DNA of 39,430 bases from Octopus bimaculoides (GCF_001194135.2 NC_068986.1:55406587-55446016), one strand, 5' to 3'; shown: positions 11,011 through 23,110, counted from the stretch's first letter. Notes: generated by a model not told the origin, from the letters alone. Made by a program: numbers and translations.

Positions 11011-11481
11011 GGATCTTTTCAATCGCAGTCACAGATTTTTTAATTCATTTTTTTTAACTAAACAGTTTGAAACTTCGGATACCGGTTGAATGTGTCACGT
11101 AGAACACGGTTTACTTTTTACGTTTTTTGGCAAAATTTTGTATTTTAGAAGTTATTTCGTTTTAAAGTTGTCGTATTTGGGTAATTTTAACCAACCAATG
11201 ACGTGTATTCAGCTGAAGAAAGTTACTGCTGTTTGCGAAAGTAATGGAAGAGCAACAACATCCGGGTCATCGGGTCATCTGTTTTGGACGCTGCATACAT
11301 GTATGTACGTAAATACACAGACACATGTATACGTACACACACATACACACACACTAATACATACACACACATACAACTTTTAGAACGCTGAGGAAAGGAA
11401 AGGGACGTGGGTGTGAGGAATACATGGCATTAAGGAAGGAGGGGCATTTTGAAGTTGACGACGGTTGTTCATGCTGTCCAT

Positions 11482-11522
<41 letters not shown>

Positions 11523-11662
11523 CATATGTAAAGCTGATAAAACCCCGAATGGAAGCAAGAAAAAGGAAAGGGTTTAATAAATTAATATGCAGTGGTGGGG
11601 GTTGGTAAGTTTATATAAGCTGTCGTTCAGATCATCAACACACCACCACTTTCTTCGTTCTT

Positions 11663-11713
<51 letters not shown>

Positions 11714-12177
11714 GATTTGCTGGAAATAACAACCAAATCTCTCTCAACGTCACACGCTAACATTATATAAACGAGAGGAAACATTGGATAAGATGGAAAA
11801 AAATATACACGCGCACACACTCACGTATATATTCCCTATAAAAGAACTTTCTGTTTTTCTCACCCTCCTTTTTTATCTTTTATACTTTTCTCTCCCCCCT
11901 CTCTCTTTCATGACTCGATGACCCGGATGTTGTTGCTCTTCTATTACTGTCGCAAACAGCAGTAACTTTCTTCAGCTGAATACATGTCATCGGTTAGTTA
12001 ATATTACCCAAATACAACAACTTTAGCACGAAATAACTTCTAAAATACAAAATTTTGTCAAAAAGGTTAAGAGTAAACCGTGTTCTACGTGACACATTCA
12101 ACCAGTATCCGAAGTTTCAAACCGTTTAGTTTTTAAAAAATTAATTAAGAAATCTGTGACTTAGATTGAAAAGATCC
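11011..12177. mobile_element. Non-autonomous foldback/long-TIR DNA element (268-bp inverted repeats, non-coding microsatellite-rich core)
   Basis: 11011-11278 is the reverse complement of 11910-12177 at about 90% identity by eye, e.g. GAATGTGTCACGTAGAACACGGTTTACT vs AGTAAACCGTGTTCTACGTGACACATTC. Confidence 0.85.
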
Positions 12178-12629
12178 AGAAACGAATATCACAATACTAT
12201 AAATGCATGAAATATATTTATTTATTTTGAACTAACATAAATTATTTCAAATATATTTCACGTAATTTTTTTGTCACCAGTTTCTGTACATTTTTGTTGC
12301 TGATAGCCTATCACTTCAGTTATTTGTCTAATAATTTTTTTTCATTTCTCTTGACATTCTTGCTAACACATAATCGTTTTCTACCCTGCCCACTTTATTT
12401 GCGCGAGCGTCAATGCAACTGACCAATTAGTTTTGCTACTAATGTTAATCATACAATACTTGCACCCACATTCTACAACTCCCACCCTTCAGCATTACTC
12501 TTTTATCTTCTTTTATCTTCTCATTTCCACTAGTTTTGCTAACGTACATCTCTATTTGTTTGGACTCTGCTGCTTTACTAACGTCATAAGGTCTTGTCAA
12601 TCATCGCCACTTAATGTATTTTAAAAATT

Positions 12630-13215
12630 TTGATACGGGGAAAAAACTTAGCTGTTTTGTAAAATCATTCTAGTTTGTAACATCTACAGTGAGAACAACA
12701 GGTGATTATAAAGACGAAATTAAATCAAGTGGTCAAACAACCCTTCCGTTATATGTTCACGCATTTAGCAGAGTAACTATCTCAGTAGCTAACATTTTTT
12801 TTTTCAAATAGATTTGATATGAAATAGTTCTTGAGTGTATGGATCAATGACCGCACTAAATATAATGTACCTGTAAACACGATGGTGATTCAAGCCAAAG
12901 TCTAAAGTTTGTATGACACTTTGCAAAGAAAAGTGCAACTTCTGATGCAAAACTTTTTCTGGATGATAATAGCTGGCCTGAAAGGTTTAAATTGCACAGC
13001 CTTAAAATGACGCGTGAAGCTGTTGATGCTTTTGTACAGGCTGCTACTAATTATCTTGATAGGCCGAAGAAAGTGATTACTGAAGGAAGCTACAGACCTG
13101 AACAAGAATACAAAATTGATGAGTCTGGTTTTTATGGAAACGCTTGATTGCGTTTCCATAATTCTAGTGAAGGAAAATCACTGTGAGCTTTTAACGTTTT
13201 CAAAATTTGTCTTGT
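12630..13215 (+). pseudogene. Tigger/pogo (CENP-B-like) transposase remnant
   Basis: Frameshifted translation: LSVWINDRTKYNVPVNTMVIQAKV*SLYDTL; SWPERFKLHSLKMTREA; KKVITEGSYRPEQEYKIDESG. These match the Tigger HTH2 (IQAKA.SLY, GWL.RFK, K.TGEA) and the start of the DDE domain (GGY.PEQVFN.DETG). Confidence 0.85.
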
Positions 13216-14154
13216 TAGAGGAAAAATTGCAAGGTTATATGATACTAAACTCCCTTACTTATGTAACCCCCCCACCCAAATCTAAGAGCTTTCAAGAATT
13301 ATACTAAGTTTAATCTAGCCACGATTTGGCGTTAAAATAAAAAAAAGGCTTCGATGTCTATGAGCCATTCATTGGTTTACAAATTTGCTCTGCTGTAGAA
13401 AGGTATTGTATCAGACGTAATATTTCCATTAAAGTGTTCCTCTCTTTAGACAATGATCTTTCTGATAATGTGAGAGTGGAATATATTCCCCAAAATATAA
13501 CTATTTTTGGTCTAGTCAATAGATCNNNNNNNNNNNNNNNNNNNNNNNNNNNNNNNNNNNNNNNNNNNNNNNNNNNNNNNNNNNNNNNNNNNNNNNNNNN
13601 NNNNNNNNNNNNNNNNNNNNNNNNNNNNNNNNNNNNNNNNNNNNNNNNNNNNNNNNNNNNNNNNNNNNNNNNNNNNNNNNNNNNNNNNNNNNNNNNNNNN
13701 NNNNNNNNNNNNNNNNNNNNNNNNNNNNNNNNNNNNNNNNNNNNNNNNNNNNNNNNNNNNNNNNNNNNNNNNNNNNNNNNNNNNNNNNNNNNNNNNNNNN
13801 NNNNNNNNNNNNNNNNNNNNNNNNNNNNNNNNNNNNNNNNNNNNNNNNNNNNNNNNNNNNNNNNNNNNNNNNNNNNNNNNNNNNNNNNNNNNNNNNNNNN
13901 NNNNNNNNNNNNNNNNNNNNNNNNNNNNNNNNNNNNNNNNNNNNNNNNNNNNNNNNNNNNNNNNNNNNNNNNNNNNNNNNNNNNNNNNNNNNNNNNNNNN
14001 NNNNNNNNNNNNNNNNNNNNNNNNNNNNNNNNNNNNNNNNNNNNNNNNNNNNNNNNNNNNNNNNNNNNNNNNNNNNNNNNNNNNNNNNNNNNNNNNNNNN
14101 NNNNNNNNNNNNNNNNNNNNNNNNNNNNNNNNNNNNNNNNNNNNNNNNNNNNNN

Positions 14155-14191
<37 letters not shown>

Positions 14192-14856
14192 CAGACAAGA
14201 AAGTAAATTTCGAACAGTGTAGCTGTGAAAATAGCAGAAAGATTGGATATTTTTTACCCTTATAAGACAGAAAAAGTTGCCAGCAGGCGGCCATCTTATA
14301 AGGGTAAAAAAAACAACCCATCTTTCAGCTGTTTCCACAGCTATACTGCGTTTGAAATTTACTGTCTTGTCTGTAAAATACCATATATGTAATTGTTATT
14401 TTTATAAACATAAGAAATTGTTTTCTTTAAATATTACAAAATGAAAAGAAACCGATACCAACTAGAACACAGATTCATAGCACAGTTAAAGTAGGGCGGA
14501 CGGAGCGGACTTTCTAACTAACACGCATTGAATAATGCATTATGTTGTATCATTCGTGAGTGGGTGGCAGAAAGTAATTTGAAGGATATAGATATACCTT
14601 GTGATATTTATTTCCGTTCAAGTTACGTCAAGGTCGACTTTGTCTTTCGTCCTGTCTGAAGCCGATAAAATAAGCTTTAGACAAAGCTTCGAGGCCAGTA
14701 TAATCCGCTAAAACACTTGTAGGCGATTCCTAAGCATGGCTGCGTTCCAGTGTCTGAAAGCAATAAAAGAACAATTATGCTATGTGTAAGTGTGTGTGTT
14801 CTCACATATGTATACATATACGTGTGTGTATATGTATGTACATGTGTATATGTGCA

Positions 14857-14890
<34 letters not shown>

Positions 14891-15393
14891 NNNNNNNNNN
14901 NNNNNNNNNNNNNNNNNNNNNNNNNNNNNNNNNNNNNNNNNNNNNNNNNNNNNNNNNNNNNNNNNNNNNNNNNNNNNNNNNNNNNNNNNNNNNNNNNNNN
15001 NNNNNNNNNNNNNNNNNNNNNNNNNNNNNNNNNNNNNNNNNNNNNNNNNNNNNNNNNNNNNNNNNNNNNNNNNNNNNNNNNNNNNNNNNNNNNNNNNNNN
15101 NNNNNNNNNNNNNNNNNNNNNNNNNNNNNNNNNNNNNNNNNNNNNNNNNNNNNNNNNNNNNNNNNNNNNNNNNNNNNNNNNNNNNNNNNNNNNNNNNNNN
15201 NNNNNNNNNNNNNNNNNNNNNNNNNNNNNNNNNNNNNNNNNNATATTCATTGGCCGTTGAATCAAATATTTACCATAAGGGAATCATATACATTCATGCA
15301 TATACATAAGCATTAACCTATTTAAAGTTAAATTCTACCAACATTTATTTCGAAATAATCCTTACATATTCGCTACTTCGTTAAATATACATA

Positions 15394-17169
15394 CAGGGGT
15401 TGTAAAAAAAAAAACACCTTAAAATTTCAGACAAATTTATCTTAATATGGGGTAGGACCGCCTTTGGCAGTAATTACAGCTTGAATTCTAAGAGGTATGG
15501 ACTCGTACAAAGTTTAAATTGTTTCCAAAGGAATTTTTGTCCATTCTTCAGCTAAAACAGTCTCCAGTTCTGGTAGTGATGGTGGTGGAGTATATCGACT
15601 CCTTACATATTTTTCTAAAATGCACCATAAATGTTCAATAATATTCAGATCTGAGGACTGTGGTGGCCAGATAAGATGTTCAGCTTCACTAGAATGTTCC
15701 TCGTGCCATTCAGTGACAACTTTAGCTGTGTGAATTGGTGCATTATCATCTTGACAGATTGCGTCTCCCTCCGGAAACAGTTCCGCAACCATAGGATGAA
15801 TTTGATCAGATAAAATGCTTAAATAGTCTTGACTATTATATCTGCTATGAAGGGAAACCATTAGGTCGGCGGATTTCCAAGATATAGCCCCACCAGATCA
15901 TCACAGATCCTCCTTCATGTTTAACAGTTGGAAGAAGGCAGTCTGGGTCAAATGCTTCATTTGGCTGTTTCCACACGTATACTCGGCCGGTGATCGGAAA
16001 TAAGGTAAAGAATGACTCGTCCGAGAAAATAACATTCTTCCACTACTCTAAGGACCAATTCTGTAGGTTTTTACTCCACTCTAAACGCTTTGCAACATTT
16101 GTTTTTGAAGTAGTGGTTTTATGGTTGCAGCCGTCCCGTGAAATCTGGTTTTGTGCAGCTCCCGGTGAACAGTTTTTGCCGAAACTGGGTTCTCGAGGTG
16201 GNNNNNNNNNNNNNNNNNNNNNNNNNNNNNNNNNNNNNNNNNNNNNNNNNNNNNNNNNNNNNNNNNNNNNNNNNNNNNNNNNNNNNNNNNNNNNNNNNNN
16301 NNNNNNNNNNNNNNNNNNNNNNNNNNNNNNNNNNNNNNNNNNNNNNNNNNNNNNNNNNNNNNNNNNNNNNNNNNNNNNNNNNNNNNNNNNNNNNNNNNNN
16401 NNNNNNNNNNNNNNNNNNNNNNNNNNNNNNNNNNNNNNNNNNNNNNNNNNNNNNNNNNNNNNNNNNNNNNNNNNNNNNNNNNNNNNNNNNNNNNNNNNNN
16501 NNNNNNNNNNNNNNNNNNNNNNNNNNNNNNNNNNNNNNNNNNNNNNNNNNNNNNNNNNNNNNNNNNNNNNNNNNNNNNNNNNNNNNNNNNNNNNNNNNNN
16601 NNNNNNNNNNNNNNNNNNNNNNNNNNNNNNNNNNNNNNNNNNNNNNNNNNNNNNNNNNNNNNNNNNNNNNNNNNNNNNNNNNNGTTTTATAGATAAGCGC
16701 AGGAGTGGCTGTGTGGTAAGTAGCTTGCTTACCAACCACATGGTTTCGGGTTCAGTCCCACTGCGTGGCACCTTGGGCAAGTGTCTTCTATTATAGCCTC
16801 GGGCCGAGCAAAGCCCTGTGAGTGGATTTGGTAAACGGAAAGAAGCCCATCGTATATAGGTATACGTGTATATATATGTGTGTGTGTTTGTGCGTTTGTG
16901 TTTGTTCCGCCAACATCGCTTGACAACCGATGCTGGTGTGTTTACGTCCCCGTAACTTAGCGGTTCGGCAAAAAGAGACCGATAGAATATGTACTAGGCT
17001 TACAAAGAATAAGTCCTGGAGTCAATTTGCTTGACTAAAGGTGGTGCTTCAGCATGGTCGTAGTCAAATGACTGAAACAAGTAAAAGAGTAAAAGAATAA
17101 AGAGTAAAGAGTATTTCAAAATTATGATGCTATGATGCTAGGTGTTTCCATTATTTTGTACAACCCCTG
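15394..17169 (-). mobile_element. Tc1 DNA transposon with both TIRs and TA TSD; decayed transposase with DD36E spacing; interrupted by a gap and a SINE
   Basis: TA|CAGGGGTTGTAAAA...AACACCT and AGGTGTTTCCATTATTTTGTACAACCCCTG|TA. Transposase motifs are WKNVIFSDES (D at 16019-16021), ICQDDNAPIH (D at 15745-15747) and WPPQSSDLNIIEHLW (E at 15634-15636). There are 108 nt (36 codons) between the second D and the E. Confidence 0.92.
16697..17112 (+). mobile_element. SINE family 1, full-length reference copy, inserted in the Tc1 element
   Basis: A-box-like TGGCTGTGTGG, B-box-like GGTTCAGTCCC, an internal (TG/TA)n tract, the body TAACTTAGCGGTTCGGCAAAA and a (GAGTAAAA)-type tail. Confidence 0.9.
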
Positions 17170-17769
17170 TATATAGACATTTAAAAACCGTCTATCACAC
17201 AGCATCATCATCAGAAGGAGGCCAACTACCAGCACTATGTAAGTTTAGTAAGAAAAACATGTGAAGTTCCAAAACTAATATCATGAGAGATTAATCTAAT
17301 TTAGTTAAATATATTTTCCCTTCTCGTAAAGCACGCTTAAATGGGCTTTAAAACAATTGAAACCGGTAGCATGTTTTAATAAAAATGTAAATATTCTCTT
17401 TTATTTTTGATAAAGTTTTCAAAACAATTCTTTTAAAAGCTTTTTTGTGATTACCACCGGATTATATAAATCTATATAATGTACATTAAATTTATATAAT
17501 ATATTCTGTGAGACAAAAGTATAAACGTGTTCTTTACAACTTCATGTTAGAACTGACGTAGGGTCTGATCTATGTTTATGTTTGTGACCTAAGCAAACAT
17601 TATATTAGTCTAACCATGATTTAGTTCAGTTGATTGAGTATACATGCCAGCGAGGTGCAAAGTACTGAAGAAATGCAATTATATTTTTTTACTTTCCAAA
17701 CTGTTGATACGTACGGCAGACGAACTGAACGATACTGCTGTTTGAATGAAGCAGCCCCTTATATGAATT

Positions 17770-17808
<39 letters not shown>

Positions 17809-17942
17809 TGCCGACGTCATAAAAATTTATAAATTTCGAGAGAACGTGAAATAATTCCTTTTGGGAATAGTGAAACTCGAATAAAGGAATCTATAAATAA
17901 TATCGTGTAAATATTGGGTTTAAAATGCCTTTGTATAAAAAG

Positions 17943-17981
<39 letters not shown>

Positions 17982-18977
17982 TAACGCGATGGAAAACAGA
18001 GATAGATAACGGCTTTAGTGATTTTTTTTTCTTTTTTCTTTTTTAGAATTAGCTAAAACTAGAAGGTTTTAAGTATTTATGACATGTGTATAATAGCTGT
18101 GATGCGATTATTATCAACGTGTTAGTTTCAGATAAAGGAAATGTTTTCCTTTTCTTTTTCTTCTTGTTTTTAGCTTTATTAATATTTCCAGGGTGTTTTA
18201 TGGTGCTTCCAGGCGTTTTAACAACGTTATAAGAATTCAGTGTTTCTTTTCCTCTTCTTTGTGTGTGTGTGGTGGTAGTGGTGGTGGTGGTGGTGGTGGT
18301 GGTAGTAGGGGTGGGGTATTTGAATTAACTGTTTCAAGTATTTCATGTATTGTGTTTAAAATATTGTTAAAGAATGAAACAATAAAAAACATTTTTGTTG
18401 ATTTTTATTTACATGTGTTGAGGAGGGGTGGCCTTGCTGATTGTATTATATCTTGGTTTAAGCTTTAACCAAGATGTTACAGCATAAATATTAAATACTT
18501 AAACTTCTTCAGATATCCGTAGAATAGTGATAAAAGTTGTTTCTGTATAAGCCGAAGTTTTTTGTATTTATGCATTTGTCTGGTCCCACGAGTGCCATAT
18601 TAGAGAGTTTCTATAGCATTTATATTCATTGATATTTAACCGGATTAAAATATAAGATAACAATGAAATCGATACAGAATAGTTGCAACTGAACGTGTCA
18701 GTGGATATTGAATTTGCATATTTACATATTTACAGCCAATGGGTAAACGCTTGTGTCGCTTTCACCGGTGCTGTTTTGCATCCAGTGTCCGTTTCCTAAA
18801 CTCTTAACACTCATTAGCGTTGTCCACAAAATGGAAAATGCTTGAAAATACACATGTGTAGTTTTCGTTCCTGTTTGAGTCAATAAAGGAGCAGATATGT
18901 GGTCGCTCTGTTAAAAATTGCAGTGAAGACTCCTTCAAGTCATATGTTATCACCTACTATCTTAAGTAGATCGATAT

Positions 18978-20699
18978 ATCTGGAGAACACATATTTATTG
19001 AATGATATCTGCCACATGATTCTAAGTAATTTGGGTGTGCTAAATACGAATTTCAACTCGGCTTAGCTTTATCAGGTTCTGATTCTTGTCAGCAACCTAT
19101 GTGCAATTTTCCAGATTTTTCAAATTAGGACTAAAAAATTAAGTGACGCGTTCAAATTTATTTTCAAGTTTCATGAATACAAGCTGTTCAAACTACTGTG
19201 AAATTACATTAGAACGATAGAAATGACTTGAAATAAAAATAATAAATAGATATGAAGCTTTCAATCGGGCAAACATTTTCTTTTTTAAGACTTTCTAGCG
19301 CATTTGCTTGTTGATGGCAAGTCTCTTTTCAAGCACCAACAGAAATCAACCATCATGTGGGAATCCCAGAGTCCCTGGTACCGTTCCTCCATAATTTTGA
19401 TACCCTGGTAGAATCTCTCCTCTTGTTCGTCACTCACAGTTCCTAAATTCCTTGGAAATTAGTCAAGACAGCTATTCAAAAAATGCATTTTTACGCTCAT
19501 GTTGACACCTAACTTTTTGTAGTGCTTTAGAAGTTTTTTACGATTTCTTCGTAGATGTCTGCGCTATAATTGCTCAAAAAGTTCTCTATCAAGTCCACGA
19601 ATCAGAACTAGGCATTTTTTCCGCGTTCATACATGACATTAGGAAAATCACAGTCTTTAATTAAGGTTCTTGTGAACCGTCGAAAATTACCATCGTAGTT
19701 TTTTTAATAACTTAAACTTGGAACTTTTGAAGTTATGTATTTGAAACACTCGCCGTTTGTATCAAAGGTTGTTACATATTGTTTAACGAGGTTTAGTTTG
19801 ATATGCAGAGGAGGAAATATGATTTTATCTCTGGTCACTAAAGACGGATTAATTACGTTTTTCTCTCCGACAGTAAGCGATTTTCGTGCTGGCCAGGTTT
19901 GTTTGAAATCATGTTCTTCCTTGGCTGTGCTATCCCATGAACAAAAGAGACAGAGGTATTTACTATACCCTACTCTCTATATTTGATTAGATTTAAAACC
20001 TTTTCTATATGTTCATACTTTTCTTTTAATTTTGTTGAGTGCCCAGTCGGTATCGAGCCGTATAGATTGCCATTATGCAACAACACACTTAAAACTTCTT
20101 TTCGAACTGTCTAAAAATAAGCGCCAATCATTTGCATCGTAAGACTCAACCCCATCTCCTGTAACAAGCCAGGTATGTCTCAGCAATATACTAAACGATT
20201 CTCTGTTCTAAAATATTTAAGAAGTTCTCTGTAAAATGTAATATATGTGTTTGAAGTAAGCAAATTTTTCTCTCTAAGTCTTAAAGCTAAAACTTGCGAA
20301 GCCATTTTTGGGAAATTTAGATCCCTTACAAGATCATTCAACTGGGCTTGGTTACATTTTTGCGGATCATTTTGACTTTCAAGTACGCTGGGGTCAAAAT
20401 CGGTGTCAGACTCCTCAGAGTGGATAACAATATTTTCTGGAACATCTTCAACTAATTCTTCAGGTGGCAGACTCTTAAATATTGGAATGGAGATTTCATT
20501 TGAATGTAGCACAGGTCGGATCACGGTGCCGAAATTTGCGTACTCGATACAATGTTTATTTTTCTTAGTGAAACCCGAACAAAATTAGGACCTGATAGAG
20601 CAAAACCGAGTAAAAAAAAATCGTGCTCAGCGCACCCAAGTAGCCTAGAACTATCAAATCTAATTCAATAGACAAAAAATTGAACTTTGTTTCCCCGTG
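18978..20699 (-). mobile_element. Chapaev3-type (CMC superfamily) DNA transposon, decayed transposase, both termini recognisable
   Basis: Minus-strand translation over about 19285-20575: IRPVLHS, NQAQLNDLVRDL, DWRLFLDSSKRS, LHNGNLYGSIP.GHS, CLFCSWDS, IFPPLHIKL, SDEQEERFYQGIKIMEERYQG.WDSHMMVDFCWCLKRD. The right terminus ends ...CCCCGTG|TAA (CAC terminus, TWA-type flank). 19020-19080 is an imperfect inverted copy of 20590-20650. The left boundary is approximate. Confidence 0.85.
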
Positions 20700-20829
20700 T
20701 AATCTATGATCGTTAGCTGTTTTTATTGAGCCTTCATATTTACCGTTAATATTTTAAAATCCGGTTGGTGGAATGTTAAGTTTGCCACGAGAAAGTAGTA
20801 CTGACATCTAATATTATCTTGAGAGACGC

Positions 20830-20871
20830 AAATACGACAGTTGAGAGCCGCAGGTTGGCCATCGTCAGTTT
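20830..20871 (-). ncRNA. Inactivated hammerhead-like motif
   Basis: Minus strand: AAA-CTGACGA-T-GGCC[AACCTGC]GGCT-C-TCAA-C[TGTC]G-TA-TTT. All stems fit a type I fold, but the core GAAA reads TCAA. Confidence 0.35.
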
Positions 20872-21084
20872 ATAAACATGATAATTCTTTAGCAAAGGGT
20901 CTTTGTATCTAACTAGTGGAAGAAATCGCCTTCAAAATCGTAGACCCATGCCAACTGGTCCACTTAGAACGTTTCCCCAGCACGGGCCTCGTCTTAAAAT
21001 GTGGTGTTGGCGATAGTCCTAAACATAAACAATAAACGGATTTTTTTTTGTTAGAATAAACTATGTGGAAGCCCTTCGTGTACA

Positions 21085-21244
21085 GCCGCAGGCATGGCTA
21101 TGTGGTAAGAAGCTTGATCCCCAACCACTTAGTTCCGGTTTCAGTCCCACAGCGTGGAACCTTGAGCAAGTATCTTCTACAATTGCCACGGGCCGACCAA
21201 AGCCTTGTGAGTGGATTTGATAGACGAAACTGAAAGAAGCCCGT

Positions 21245-21290
<46 letters not shown>

Positions 21291-21483
21291 CTCCATCCCC
21301 GCCTGGCAATCGGTATTAGTTTGTTTACGTATCAGTAACTTAGCAATTCAGCAAAAGAGACCGATAGAATAAGTACTAGGCTTTAAAAAGAAGCACTGTG
21401 ATCGATTTGTTCGACTAAACCCATCAAAGCGGTCCCCAAGATTGACCACGGGTCAAAGACTAAAACAAGTAAAAGATAAAAGA
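21085..21483 (+). mobile_element. SINE family 1, full length
   Basis: Colinear with 16697-17112: head, internal (TG)n, TAACTTAGC...GAGACCGATAGAAT and an AAACAAGTAAAAGATAAAAG tail. Confidence 0.88.
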
Positions 21484-21915
21484 TTGTATGTGATAGAGGA
21501 TCTATATTCCGTTGGATGGCAGTCCATGTTTCTTCTAACAGCAAATTATAATAACAATCTAGTTTCTGTCGGTTTGCACCTTGCGTATCACAAATTAAAA
21601 ACCCATATGCTATTTTTGATTTGTGACGCATTGTGGATCAAATATAAAGTTACTTGCACGCCCCACATGGAAACATAAAAAAAAATATTTTTGAAGCTAA
21701 AACTACGGAAAAATATAGAAAAGCTAATACCTTATTTCTTTATCTTATTAATCATACTTGTGTATAACAAAATTATAAAAAACGCATTTTTTTCAAGATT
21801 TTTTTCTAGATTTTCGAATTATATTTAGAAAGAAAATGTTATGCACCAAGATACCTCCTGCGGTGCACAATTATATACTGGCGTTTCACAACATGTAGTT
21901 CTTCTGCTAGTAACG

Positions 21916-22152
21916 TTGTTTCTATCGAATAGCAACTTACAGGCCGTCTGTTAAAAACCTGTATTCCGTCGGATAACGACATGTATTCTCTCAGATAGCA
22001 GCCTACATTCCGTCGGTTAGCAATCCGTCACATAATATTATATGTTTCGTCTGTTAGCAACCTATCAACCCGTTGGTTAGCAACTTGTATTTCGTCATAT
22101 AGCAATCTATATTGGGTTGGTTCATAACTTATACTCCCATCGGTTAGCAATC
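21916..22152. repeat. Degenerate 22-bp minisatellite, about 10 units
   Basis: Units such as TGTATTCCGTCGGATAACGACA, TACATTCCGTCGGTTAGCAATC, TATGTTTCGTCTGTTAGCAACC and TGTATTTCGTCATATAGCAATC. Confidence 0.75.
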
Positions 22153-22289
22153 TAAAATAACTAATATTACAATAAAAATAACATTTCACAAACTTGTTTG
22201 CTTTCCATCATTCGAACGCCTTGCTGAATGCATCGCATTGACACGATATCTTGAGCCATATAACTTTTAGTCGAATGTATCGATCCCAA

Positions 22290-22525
22290 TACTTGTTTAA
22301 GCCTGGTACTTATTTTACCGAACTTTTATGTCGAACCGCTAAGTTACAGGGGCGAAAACACACCAACACCGGTTGTCCTATATATATATATATATATATA
22401 TATATACGACGCGTTTCTTTCAGTTTCCGTCCACCAAATCCACTCACAAGGTATTGGTCAGCCCAAAGCTATAGAGACACTTGCCGAAGGTAGGACTGAA
22501 CTGGAACCATGTGGCTAGGAAGCAA
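22290..22525 (-). mobile_element. SINE family 1 copy
   Basis: CGAACCGCTAAGTTAC...TTTCAGTTTCCGTCCACCAAATCCACTCACAAGG...GACACTTGCC...GGACTGAAC is the reverse complement of the family consensus. Confidence 0.82.
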
Positions 22526-22854
22526 TATATATATATATATATAAAAGGGCAAAAGAAAAAATTATGAATTAACTCAGAAATCGGACCGATTCGGTAATAA
22601 CGGAATTTTTAAAGAACTTTCTGTCAGCTTGCTTCGAGACACGTGCTTATAGTGATGAATTATATGTGGTTATTGACGATTTAAAGTCTATTCTCAGCAT
22701 ATTTGGCATGGGAACTTTTTTCTTTTGCCCTTATTTATAAAGCTGTTTATAATTTTCACCTTCAAAGGCATTTTTTAATATGCTGGCCACTAATAAAATT
22801 TTTTGAAAATTTTATCCTATATTATATATATATAGTATGTGTGTATGCGCGTTT

Positions 22855-22890
<36 letters not shown>

Positions 22891-23110
22891 AATAACTTTC
22901 TCCCACCAGCCACGGTGGGAGAAAGTTGTCCTTAAAGTTAGCCTCAGACCGAAGACCTAGCCTAAATTCTTACAACAGAGAAGGCTCTGTTAAATGTCCC
23001 GGAAATACAAGAGATGGTGTTACACTGAAGGTAAAATATTTGGGTCCATTTAATTGATTACTCCCTCCCTATGAATATGCAATCCTGTGCCAATTCTAGA
23101 AATTAATATT

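Noticed and set aside
11200-11260. CTGAAGA...GAAA in the long-TIR arm as a possible further hammerhead
   Set aside because: No stem I, II or III pairing could be constructed.
16697-16775. tRNA-like A/B boxes as a possible tRNA gene
   Set aside because: It is the head of a multi-copy SINE with no complete cloverleaf or terminator. The same applies to the other SINE heads.
18450-18475. 26-nt near-perfect palindrome ATCTTGGTTTAAGCTTTAACCAAGAT
   Set aside because: It is short and AT-rich, and no hammerhead core or TIR context could be fitted around it.
18690-18800. ATTTGCAT octamer plus CCAAT and a short open frame (possible promoter or exon)
   Set aside because: Short motifs like these are expected by chance in AT-rich DNA, and no downstream snRNA or gene was recognised.
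21916-22152. Regularly spaced repeats resembling a CRISPR array
   Set aside because: The units are directly tandem with no unique spacers, there are no cas genes, and the context is eukaryotic.
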